In this document: positions 56,019 through 64,000 of the stretch, piece by piece | Position numbering within the stretch: the stretch's first letter is position 1 | Layout of the letters: each line of letters opens with the position of its first letter | Origin: an uncultured Candidatus Poseidoniales archaeon | GTDB taxonomy: Archaea; Thermoplasmatota; Poseidoniia; Poseidoniales; Thalassarchaeaceae | Assembly: GCA_902601345.1 (NCBI GenBank) | Contig: CACKMK010000003.1 | Location: 23,902 to 87,901, forward strand | Length of the DNA stretch: 64,000 nucleotides | Direction of reading: 5' to 3' | The notes under the pieces: model-generated | Told to the model about the DNA's origin: nothing | What the model saw: the letters and a program-made list of their open reading frames with translations, nothing else | Database searches by the model: none | Translations under genes and position numbers: made by a program

Positions 56019-56119
56019 ACCTTTGCGAGTGGAGACATGGATTTTATTGTCCCGCATGATGGTCATTGCCAATTTTACAAGGAATTGTTGATGTATCTCC
56101 TTCGTGGGATGATGGGTAG

Positions 56120-56995
56120 TTGGTGTTGATGGCAGTCGGTTCTGGGCCTCGTAGACTATCGAAGGGAGAACTAGAGTCTGTCCATAAATCACTGATTGAG
56201 GTCACTAGAAAGCAGAGGAGCAGCGATACTCCAGTAGATGTAGCTATGCCGGACAGGATTGGTTTCTGGGATGCAGTCGGTCAGTTATTGCAAAACATGG
56301 AAACTGAGCTCTCAGAGACTGTAAGAGAAGAAGGAATGACTGCTAAGGCCCAACTTCTGTCTAGAAGGCTCGGGGTCGCGAGAACATGCGTCAGAGATTT
56401 GACTAGGATCAGGCTTGCTTCCTTTACGCGTCACGCTATCACCTCAAACCTACTAAACTCCGTAAAAAAGGATTCCAGGGAAAGTATCGGATTGCCTTTG
56501 CTGGATTGGAATAAGCACGACCCGTCTGAGAGGGTATTCTACAACGGACTGAAGGATCTCACTGAGATATACAAGGCCTCTACTTCCTGGTCAAATATGC
56601 TAGGTTACTCTGAGTCCGTTAGCGTGGTCACCGAAGTGAGCGAGACTCTCAGGGAATACTCAGATGATGAGAACCAAGAGTCGATTACCAAAAGAGTCGC
56701 ACCAATGGAAGAAGAATGGGAAGAGCCAGACTTTGACGAAGAGGACAGGATCCGGGAGATGGATGATTACCCCGAACACGCATCCTCTCCTTCCGAGTCT
56801 GGTTCTATGGAAGAGCAACCCAGCGAAGAGTCGGACAATCTTCTGAGAATCAAAGTCCTGAAGGATGTCGAGGATCCTATTCTAATGGAAGACGGATCTG
56901 AGGTCGTTCTTACACAGGGTGACATCGAGACCTGCCCATCATTGATCGCTGAGATTCTAATTGCAGCGGGCCTGGCTGAAGCAGCTCCGATATAA
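56120..56995 (+). CDS. GINS complex subunit-like protein (Gins51/Gins15 type) with an acidic insert
   Basis: VRDLTRIRLASFTRHAI parallels the recalled A-domain helix VREILRIRLHKIVDMAF. The C-terminal IKVLKDVEDPILMEDGSEVVLTQGDIETCPSLIAEILIAAGLAEAA parallels the Gins51 B-domain pattern (V-x-f-l-x-d-v-p-x-f-x-G-x-D-G...GD...P...A..Li..G.A). The two are separated by a D/E/S-rich linker. Confidence 0.55.
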   Translation: MVLMAVGSGPRRLSKGELESVHKSLIEVTRKQRSSDTPVDVAMPDRIGFWDAVGQLLQNMETELSETVREEGMTAKAQLLSRRLGVARTCVRDLTRIRLASFTRHAITSNLLNSVKKDSRESIGLPLLDWNKHDPSERVFYNGLKDLTEIYKASTSWSNMLGYSESVSVVTEVSETLREYSDDENQESITKRVAPMEEEWEEPDFDEEDRIREMDDYPEHASSPSESGSMEEQPSEESDNLLRIKVLKDVEDPILMEDGSEVVLTQGDIETCPSLIAEILIAAGLAEAAPI

Positions 56996-57030
56996 CAGGG
57001 CAATTACTAACTCTCTCCGGTTTCGGGCTA

Positions 57031-58392
57031 GTGATGGTAGATAACATGTCCAAGGGAGTAACTAAAGCACAGATTGAGGAATTCAGAAAGTCATTCGATT
57101 CGGACCCATCGGCCACAGTCGCCCAAAATGCAGTTAGCAATGCAGATCTATCAACACTATCACTTCGTAGGGATCTAGTCCAGAACATGGATTTCTCGTT
57201 CAGTACGAAACTGGATGATTGGAGTGCTACAAACCAGAGAAGAAGCGGTCGATGTTGGCTTTTCGCCACCCTGAATCTATTCAGAGTAGGTGCTATGAGG
57301 AAGATGAACGTGAAGAAATTCGAATTCAGCCAAGCTCATATTCACTTCTGGGACAAACTCGAAAGGGCCAATCACTTCTTGGAAGCGATATTAGAGACTT
57401 CTGACAGACCTGTTGATGACCGAACTATTCATTTTTTACTTAGCGATCCAATTGGGGATGGTGGACAGTGGAACATGGCCACGAACCTCATCAGGAAGCA
57501 CGGTCTAGTTCCAATGTCAGCATATCCGGAGTCGCATAGCAGTAGCAACACTAGGTCGATGAACACTGTTCTGAAAGACATCTTACGGACAACTGCAAGC
57601 GAGATAAGGAGAATTCTCGATGATGGAGGATCCAATAATGAGGCGCGAAAGCACAAAGATGAGAGGATGAAAGAGATTTGGAGGGTTCTTTGCATTCACC
57701 TGGGAACCCCTCCAGAGAAGTTCGACTGGCAGTGGAGAGACAAAGACAACGAATTTCACAGGAAGGGGACTATGACTCCTTTGGAGTTCGTCGATGAGTA
57801 TGTGGAAGTAGATTGGGAGGAGTACATTTGTATCGTAAACGATCCTAGAAACGAGTACTATCGAACATATACAGTAGATTTTCTACAGAATGTAGCCGGA
57901 GGACCGCCTGTGGTTTATCTCAACGTTCCATCTAATGAGATGAAAGACATCACACAAAGACTGCTAGAGGATGGCATTCCTGTTTGGATGGGGTGTGACG
58001 TCGGAAAGAACATGGCTCGCAAGAGGGGGCTATGGGATGCTGAGCTTTACGATCTGAAGAGATTGTACGGAATACAGTTCGGAATGGAGAAGGCCGATCG
58101 TTTGAGGTTTGGACAGACAATGATGACCCATGCAATGCTATTCACTGGGGTTGATATGGTAGATGGAAAGCCTAGAAGATGGAGAGTTGAGAACTCCTGG
58201 GGTTCTGAAGACAGCGGAGAGAAGGGATTCTACACAATGAACGATAATTGGTATGACGAACATATGTTCGAGATAGCCGCTCCCAAGGACTACCTGACTG
58301 ATGAGATGAAGAGTGGACTGAAAGGAGATCCAATAGTCCTCCCGGCATGGGATCCAATGGGTTCTCTAGCTAGAGAAGAAGGTTTACTTTAG
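57031..58392 (+). CDS. pepC: aminopeptidase C / bleomycin hydrolase family cysteine peptidase (C1B)
   Basis: Catalytic Cys motif NQRRSGRCWLFATLN, the later HAMLFTGVD His block, and VENSWG. Confidence 0.9.
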   Translation: MMVDNMSKGVTKAQIEEFRKSFDSDPSATVAQNAVSNADLSTLSLRRDLVQNMDFSFSTKLDDWSATNQRRSGRCWLFATLNLFRVGAMRKMNVKKFEFSQAHIHFWDKLERANHFLEAILETSDRPVDDRTIHFLLSDPIGDGGQWNMATNLIRKHGLVPMSAYPESHSSSNTRSMNTVLKDILRTTASEIRRILDDGGSNNEARKHKDERMKEIWRVLCIHLGTPPEKFDWQWRDKDNEFHRKGTMTPLEFVDEYVEVDWEEYICIVNDPRNEYYRTYTVDFLQNVAGGPPVVYLNVPSNEMKDITQRLLEDGIPVWMGCDVGKNMARKRGLWDAELYDLKRLYGIQFGMEKADRLRFGQTMMTHAMLFTGVDMVDGKPRRWRVENSWGSEDSGEKGFYTMNDNWYDEHMFEIAAPKDYLTDEMKSGLKGDPIVLPAWDPMGSLAREEGLL

Positions 58393-58394
58393 TC

Positions 58395-58724
58395 TCAATC
58401 GAGGTTCCTTAGAGATAGCTCGATAGTTACCGAGTCTGGGATGGGTATCCTCAGAACCTTTCTCAGTGATTTCTCGTCCTTAGCAGTATTGGTAACCAGT
58501 TCTAGAAGCCTCTTGTGAACTCTCATCTCCCAGTGATCCCAAGTCTCAGAGCCTTCGCCGTCCGGGCTTTTTCTGCATGGAACAACAAGCCTTCGTGTAG
58601 GGAGAGGTATGGGGCCTCTCAGATTTACTCCTGTTTCATCGGAAATAGCCTTAATCTGCTGGCAGACCAAGTCTACGTCCTGATGGTTGTCGCCGGTCAG
58701 CTTTATCGTTGTGACAACCGGCAT
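58395..58724 (-). CDS. rps10: 30S ribosomal protein S10 (uS10)
   Basis: IKLTGDNHQDVDLVCQQIK...GPIPLPT...RKSPDGEGSETWDHWEMRVHKRLLEL. It lies immediately downstream of tuf, as in many archaea. Confidence 0.9.
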   Translation of the reverse strand: MPVVTTIKLTGDNHQDVDLVCQQIKAISDETGVNLRGPIPLPTRRLVVPCRKSPDGEGSETWDHWEMRVHKRLLELVTNTAKDEKSLRKVLRIPIPDSVTIELSLRNLD

Positions 58725-58742
58725 AACCTCACCAGGGTGGCA

Positions 58743-60026
58743 TCACTTCTTCTCGATCTTCATGCAGACGCCTGCGGCCACAGTCTTGCCCATGTCTCTA
58801 ATTGCGAATCTGGACAATTCGGGGAAAGCATCCATCTGCTCGATTGCCATCGGCTTGGTAGGTGCGAAGCGCACTAGAGCCGCATCTCCAGTCTTTAGGA
58901 ATGCTGGATTGGCCTCCTTGGTTTTTGAGTTCTCAAGAAGTTCTACGAAACGGACAGCAACCTGAGCGGTGTGAGCGTGGAACACTGGGGTGTATCCAGA
59001 CCCAATCGCCTTTGGTATATCCATAAGCTGTATCTGACCCACGAAGGTCTCGTCGTGTCTAACGAACATAGGCTCGCTGTCAGAGTATCCTGCGACGTCT
59101 CCTCTGCGGATATCGTTAGCAGCTAGACCACGTACGTTGAAACCGACGTTGTCACCTGGCTCCGCTTTCGCATGGCTGGTGTGGTGCATCTCAATATCCT
59201 TGACCTCTGCGGATTTCTGACTGGGGTTGAATACAACGGTCTTTCCTCTCTCAAGGACTCCTGTTTCGACCTTCCCTACTGGAACAGTTCCGATTCCGCT
59301 GATCTTGTATACATCCTGGATGGGTAGCCTGAGCGGCCTGTCAGTTGGCTTTGGCGGCATCTCCACTGCATCGATAGCCTCGAACAGAGTTGGTCCGTTG
59401 TACCATGGAGTATTGTCGCTCTTGTTGAATACATTGTCCCCAGCAAGTGCGCTGCACGGCACGAATGGAATGTCTGCAGGGTTGAAACCTGCCATCTTTA
59501 GAAGGTTGGAAACTTCCTCTACTGCATTCTTGTACTTGTCCTCTGACCAGTCTACACCACTGATATCCATCTTGTTGATGTTGACGATGAGCTCCTTGAC
59601 TCCAAGCACCTTTGCTAGGAAAGCATGCTCCTTAGTCTGAGCGTTCACGCCGTCGTTTGCTGCTACATTCAGAACCGCAGCATCTGCTTGGCTGGTTCCG
59701 GTAATCATGTTCTTGACGAAGTCACGGTGACCAGGTGCGTCGATTACTGTGAAGTAGTACTTTGGAGTGAAAAATTCCTTGTGGGCTACGTCAATAGTAA
59801 TCCCTCTTTCCCTCTCCTCCTTCAGTCCGTCCATGACGTAGGCGAAACCGAAACCGGCCTTCCCTCGCTCTGAAGCTTCCTGCTCAAACTTCTCAATCAC
59901 GTGTTGCTCTATGTGGCCGCTATCTAGCAACAGTCTTCCGACGGTTGTCGACTTTCCATGATCGACGTGGCCTACGAAAACGATATTCAGATGCGGTTTG
60001 CTTTTGTCTTCCCATTGTGAACCCAT
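58743..60026 (-). CDS. tuf: translation elongation factor EF-1 alpha (aEF1A)
   Basis: [30 protein letters not shown], and full-length conservation over 427 aa. Confidence 0.97.
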   Translation of the reverse strand: MGSQWEDKSKPHLNIVFVGHVDHGKSTTVGRLLLDSGHIEQHVIEKFEQEASERGKAGFGFAYVMDGLKEERERGITIDVAHKEFFTPKYYFTVIDAPGHRDFVKNMITGTSQADAAVLNVAANDGVNAQTKEHAFLAKVLGVKELIVNINKMDISGVDWSEDKYKNAVEEVSNLLKMAGFNPADIPFVPCSALAGDNVFNKSDNTPWYNGPTLFEAIDAVEMPPKPTDRPLRLPIQDVYKISGIGTVPVGKVETGVLERGKTVVFNPSQKSAEVKDIEMHHTSHAKAEPGDNVGFNVRGLAANDIRRGDVAGYSDSEPMFVRHDETFVGQIQLMDIPKAIGSGYTPVFHAHTAQVAVRFVELLENSKTKEANPAFLKTGDAALVRFAPTKPMAIEQMDAFPELSRFAIRDMGKTVAAGVCMKIEKK

Positions 60027-60062
60027 TACTTACACCTCTAAGGTAGGCCGGCCGACCGAAGA

Positions 60063-60075
60063 GGTGTATATGAAC
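60063..60075 (-). promoter_or_regulatory. putative TATA/BRE-type promoter element of tuf (GTTCATATACACC on the minus strand)
   Basis: Lies about 40 nt upstream of the tuf ATG. It is nearly identical to the element upstream of radA. An AGGTG SD-like element lies 6-10 nt upstream of the ATG. Confidence 0.4.
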
Positions 60076-60143
60076 CGTTCCCCGGGGTTTTCGGTATGCT
60101 AGTCCCAGATTGCTACTATCGGGCTTTCCGTAGATTCCGAAAA

Positions 60144-61337
60144 CTAACGATACTGGAGTTCGATTACGAACTCATTAACCTCAGTGTTGTGAGTCTCCGC
60201 ATTCTCCAAGTCCACCTTCCAATCTCCCGGTAGGAAGCCTCGTACGGTCGAGCCCCCGATTACCATCCATACACAGAACTCATCGCTTCCGCAGTCTCCT
60301 GCATCTCTGTTATCATTCTCAATTCCTGAGGTATTCGAAACAGCCTCATCAGTGCTGTTGTACATGTAGAGATCTAAGCGATTGTCGGTGGTTTGTCCCG
60401 GTAGACCCCCCCCAGGCTGATCATCATCCTCTTTTGGATAGGAAAGTTTGGCTCTCATGTATCTTATCCTGTCCTTTGAGTCCTGATCGTAGGTGACAGG
60501 ATATTCCCAAGTCATAATCACGGGATTAGGTGAGGCTCTATCGATTACGAAGTCCTTCCAAACTCCCCTATAGTTGACGTAAACCATCGATTTTGTACTA
60601 TCCACAAAACCATTGTTATCCACCACTGTCAACTTGACTTCCCAAGCTCCTGCTGGTCTGGAGTCCCATGTATAGGTCTCACCTGTTGCATCGACGTCAT
60701 TATCTGTGATTCCGTCGTTATCAGAGTCAGTATATGTGTCTAGATCCCACTTCCATTCAACCAGATATTCCTCGGAGTAACAACTTGAGTCATCGGGATC
60801 GCAACCTGCCCATGAGTCCGAGCCATCCAAAGTTACGGTTGTTGAGACCTCAACATCACGATCGTTGACGTCGTTATCGTCCTCACACACCCAAACAATC
60901 ACCATATTTCCACTAGCGGATGGCTCCTCTCCCTCGCAATCGTTGTCCTTGCTGGAAGTAATCTCTGCATTCGGCTCTCTAGCAGATGAGTCGACTACGG
61001 TAATCGTCTTGCTGATTGATGCCTCGTGTGTACCGTCTCCTACTGCTAGTTTTGCTACGAAATTACCCGGCTGCGCATATGAGTGGCTCGTGGTCAATCC
61101 AGTTCCAGTATTCCCGTCTCCAAAGTCCCATTCGAAGGTGAGATCGTCCCCGTCCGGATCGGAGGACCCTGCGGCGCTGAATGTCACTGGGTCGCCTGCC
61201 TTCACGGTTCCACTCGGGTCCACTGACATGGTCGCAGTAGGTGCGCTATTGCTTCCCAGTAGGTCGGTGCATCCAGCTAGCATTGGTGCTAAGAACACCA
61301 TCACCATCAAGCATGCTAGGTCTCCAGTCCTTGTCAT
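60144..61337 (-). CDS. secreted lipoprotein-like surface protein with PKD domain
   Basis: Signal plus lipobox-like LAPMLAGCTD. The PKD signature is TFSAAGSSDPDGDDLTFEWDFGDGNTGTG. Asp-rich Ca-binding-like stretches follow. Confidence 0.7.
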   Translation of the reverse strand: MTRTGDLACLMVMVFLAPMLAGCTDLLGSNSAPTATMSVDPSGTVKAGDPVTFSAAGSSDPDGDDLTFEWDFGDGNTGTGLTTSHSYAQPGNFVAKLAVGDGTHEASISKTITVVDSSAREPNAEITSSKDNDCEGEEPSASGNMVIVWVCEDDNDVNDRDVEVSTTVTLDGSDSWAGCDPDDSSCYSEEYLVEWKWDLDTYTDSDNDGITDNDVDATGETYTWDSRPAGAWEVKLTVVDNNGFVDSTKSMVYVNYRGVWKDFVIDRASPNPVIMTWEYPVTYDQDSKDRIRYMRAKLSYPKEDDDQPGGGLPGQTTDNRLDLYMYNSTDEAVSNTSGIENDNRDAGDCGSDEFCVWMVIGGSTVRGFLPGDWKVDLENAETHNTEVNEFVIELQYR

Positions 61338-61390
61338 TATGATATACCGGGCTCAGTGAAGTGAAATCAATCCTACGGCTCCTTGATGTC

Positions 61391-64000
61391 CTAGAAATCG
61401 AATAAGTTGCTCTGCCTATTACCCTTGAGTAGGTTCTTTTCGTCCCATCCGAAGGCCTCGGTGACTCGTCCTAGTGACTTAGCGAGTCGCTTAGCGTAGT
61501 ATTCCCTATCGTACTCAGGTGGATCGCCACCTATCTCATCTACCAACCATGCTTTCACGCCTAGCTTCTTCTCATTCTCATCGGGCTCAGTGACGATATA
61601 GCCTACCTTCATGCCAGGAGTGAACTGTAGACCTTCAGCAATCCTCTGCTTGGCCGCTCTGACGTAGGGAAGTCCGTCCTGATTCTTGTAAACGCTGAAG
61701 TCCCATTCCTCTTTCTTGCTGTTCCACTTTCCCTTACAGGACCTACTGATTATAAGTTGAGACGCTTCTATTTCTCCAGCCTTAACCTTGTCAATTACAG
61801 ACTTAGTCATGTCAACGGCGCCAATTTCGTTACCATCCAGTATCATCTCAAACATCTGGGTCATCGTGTCGGAAAGGAGTTGGAAAGAGTCGGTTCGCCT
61901 TACTTCGTACCCTCTAATCAGCATCTCCTCCCTGGGCCATACGACCCTACCTACGTAGCGCTTCTTCGCTCCGTGGCTGAAGAAAGAGGAGAGTGCGGTC
62001 TCAAACTCCAGCTCGGCTCCCTCTCTAGTGAATCGTTCGGCAAGTGACTGCCCAAATTCAAGGGTCGAGCTCCTGGCTTTCTCCCAACCCTCAAGCTCCA
62101 CCCCTCCCGGTGGTTTATTCATAGGGGCACCTTCAGTTGGTGCGATTACGAATATCGAGTCGGTGTCTGAATACACCACGTCATCACCGTCTTCTTCAAC
62201 CTTGGAGATTATTTCCTTAATGTTGTGACGTGCCCACTCCGTGATGCTCGCACCCAGGCTCGGATGTGTGAATCTGTAGAAGTTCGATGCGAAGACCCCA
62301 TAGAAAGAATTCATCAGGATCTTTACAGCGTACTGCAACTGATCCTGGAGAAAAGCCTCGGCATCGTCGCCCTCTTCGTTCGCCTTCTCGAGAGCGGCCT
62401 TGTGTCTATCTCTGCTGTCCATCAGACCCTGGAGGAGTTGTGGCACCAGGCCTAGCCTCTCTTCCTTGGAGATATATCTCGTGTTTGTGACTGGGGATAC
62501 GCTGTGAGAATCGTCTTCGCTACCATCGCGAACCAAGGTGGTCGAGCAGATGTTGTTGGATATCATTATTGAGGGATACATCGACTTGAAATCAAGAACG
62601 ACAACCCAAGGCTTGACTCCTGGATCAACCTCGTGTACATAACCTCCGGCTATCTTATCCTGCTTTCTCGGACCTTGGTTGGTGTTTGGGACTGCGACAC
62701 CGCTCCTATCAGCTAGTCGAATAACTAGTGAGTCTATCCAACGACTAGTTGTACTGGTTGCTGCAATATCTACAGTAGTCAGAGAAACTGATGCGAGTGC
62801 CTCCTTCCTAGCTATTGACTTCATTTTCTCCAGTATATCCAGAGGAAGTACTGTGTCACGTACACAGTACTCCAGTACCTCATCCGGCCTGGAGGCCCAT
62901 TCCTCGTCCATCTTACTTGCATCGATATCCATCTTCTGCATTTCCTCATCATCAGGCCAGAGGAGTTGTGATACATACCTCAGAGACTCTCTCTGAGGCC
63001 TTAGGGTCTGTCTTGCCTGCCACCAGGCATCTAGAGGTATTCTGCCCTTTATTGTCCAGGTCCTGTTCTGCTCCCTGTTCGGAAAGACTCTCCCTGGCTT
63101 CCTCCAGCCACGCTTAGTCTCTGTCTCATTTATCGGGACCCTCCCCCACCCAAGAAGAGTCGATCTTTCCATCTCAGATTCCGTGTCGATATATTCTGAA
63201 CGCTCCTCCATTCTAGGAAGATCGAAGTTATCGATGTTGTATCCAGTTATGAAGTCAGGATCCTCTGTTCTTACCACTTCTGTGAGTTTCGCCAATATTT
63301 CGGTCTCAGCGCCTGTTATCGGGTATTCCTTCCTTTCTCCGTATCTGTCCACCACGGCTGCTGCGCACAGTATGGTGTTGTCTGTGATGCTCGTCTCGAG
63401 GTCGAAGGACATGGTGACGAATGGGGCTGGGAAAGGTTCAGCCCTACTCAACCCACTGAGATCACAAGATACCACCATATCGAGAGGATAAATTCCGGAG
63501 CCGCCGACTGCTTGTATCCTCTTCTCAGCGGTTTCCCTATTGGTGTTCTCCGGGGTCTTTGCCTCCTCGGGGGCTCTCTCGCCTGCCCAGAGAACTTCTC
63601 CTTTCATAGCAATGTGGGGTCCGAGGTCTAGATCAAGAAGGAGCCTCTGAAAAAATAGGATATCTGCGCTCGTCACTCTCCATCCTTGTTCGGATAATGA
63701 TTTCCTAACCCCTCTGACCTTGGTAGTGTCTCTGACGTAGACTCGGTAGTGGGGTCTGACGACTCCGTCTTGGGAGAGTTTCATGCCACTTGACTCGGGA
63801 TTCCCCTGAACCCCCCTCACGGATGAGACTTTACTCAGAGATTCGGGTTCATTTGAGCTCCCCTCAGATTTTGGATCGGATATCTCAACATACGGTCTGA
63901 GGCCGTTGACTAGGAGCATGGACGAATGTCCAGATCTGGACCTGCACCACAGTTCGATGACTGTCTTTGGCTCTTCTGGCCATGCCCTGTTATCTCCCGA
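61391..64000 (-). CDS. polB: family-B DNA polymerase (PolB), 5' end beyond the window
   Basis: Exo I MSFDLET, Exo II YNIDNFDLP, Pol motifs DFKSMYPSIMISNNI, KILMNSFYG and YSDTDSIF. The frame upstream of the ATG at 63919 stays open to position 64000 (SGDNRAWPEEPKTVIELWCRSRSGHSS), so the gene is probably N-terminally truncated by the window edge. No intein visible. Confidence 0.9.
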   Translation of the reverse strand, partial: SGDNRAWPEEPKTVIELWCRSRSGHSSMLLVNGLRPYVEISDPKSEGSSNEPESLSKVSSVRGVQGNPESSGMKLSQDGVVRPHYRVYVRDTTKVRGVRKSLSEQGWRVTSADILFFQRLLLDLDLGPHIAMKGEVLWAGERAPEEAKTPENTNRETAEKRIQAVGGSGIYPLDMVVSCDLSGLSRAEPFPAPFVTMSFDLETSITDNTILCAAAVVDRYGERKEYPITGAETEILAKLTEVVRTEDPDFITGYNIDNFDLPRMEERSEYIDTESEMERSTLLGWGRVPINETETKRGWRKPGRVFPNREQNRTWTIKGRIPLDAWWQARQTLRPQRESLRYVSQLLWPDDEEMQKMDIDASKMDEEWASRPDEVLEYCVRDTVLPLDILEKMKSIARKEALASVSLTTVDIAATSTTSRWIDSLVIRLADRSGVAVPNTNQGPRKQDKIAGGYVHEVDPGVKPWVVVLDFKSMYPSIMISNNICSTTLVRDGSEDDSHSVSPVTNTRYISKEERLGLVPQLLQGLMDSRDRHKAALEKANEEGDDAEAFLQDQLQYAVKILMNSFYGVFASNFYRFTHPSLGASITEWARHNIKEIISKVEEDGDDVVYSDTDSIFVIAPTEGAPMNKPPGGVELEGWEKARSSTLEFGQSLAERFTREGAELEFETALSSFFSHGAKKRYVGRVVWPREEMLIRGYEVRRTDSFQLLSDTMTQMFEMILDGNEIGAVDMTKSVIDKVKAGEIEASQLIISRSCKGKWNSKKEEWDFSVYKNQDGLPYVRAAKQRIAEGLQFTPGMKVGYIVTEPDENEKKLGVKAWLVDEIGGDPPEYDREYYAKRLAKSLGRVTEAFGWDEKNLLKGNRQSNLFDF

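Noticed and set aside
60865-61359. 164-aa plus-strand ORF opposite the PKD lipoprotein gene
   Set aside because: It is an antisense shadow (Ser/Pro/Val-rich). The minus-strand ORF has a signal peptide and a PKD signature.
1-64000. Search for CRISPR arrays, insertion sequences, integrases, prophage or defence-island signatures
   Set aside because: I saw no regularly spaced direct repeats, no transposase, integrase or recombinase motifs next to the four tRNAs, and no restriction-modification, toxin-antitoxin or Cas-like proteins. The window is essentially core genome.

Overview
Densely packed archaeal chromosomal segment with about 60 protein genes and 4 tRNA genes. I found no rRNA, CRISPR array, transposase or integrase. 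All calls come from reading the ORF translations and DNA by eye; no database search was run.

Archaeal identity is supported by RadA, Cdc48, EF-1alpha/uS10, the L7Ae-S28e-L24e ... ndk-aIF5B cluster, family-B DNA polymerase, a GINS-like protein, Hjc, Cgi121, deoxyhypusine synthase and an MC1 chromatin protein.

Metabolic content:
- Pyrimidine synthesis: pyrC, pyrB, pyrI, prs.
- An aerobic respiratory set: sdhCAB and a CcmF-like haem lyase.
- Quinone and isoprenoid genes: geranylgeranyl reductase, UbiD, UbiA.
- Peptidases: PepF, PepC, and an M50 site-2 protease.
- A P1B heavy-metal ATPase and UvrB.

This mix suggests a mesophilic, aerobic, peptide-degrading planktonic euryarchaeon, possibly Poseidoniales or Thermoplasmatota-like. 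That is inference only.

Most of the window is ordinary housekeeping and I see no clear defence island. The less ordinary parts are:
- A ParA-like ATPase with a non-canonical P-loop next to an orphan MoxR ATPase, lying tail-to-tail with an E/R-rich coiled-coil protein and a triple zinc-ribbon protein.
- A DUF4350-like/DUF58/membrane operon separated from any MoxR.
- A kinase, PKD surface protein and membrane helical-repeat protein gene string.
- Two unrelated small chromatin-type proteins, MC1 and Hc1-like.
- A sharply AT-rich nested-palindrome intergenic region, followed by a GC-rich leader with mutually exclusive hairpins around a Shine-Dalgarno (SD) sequence.
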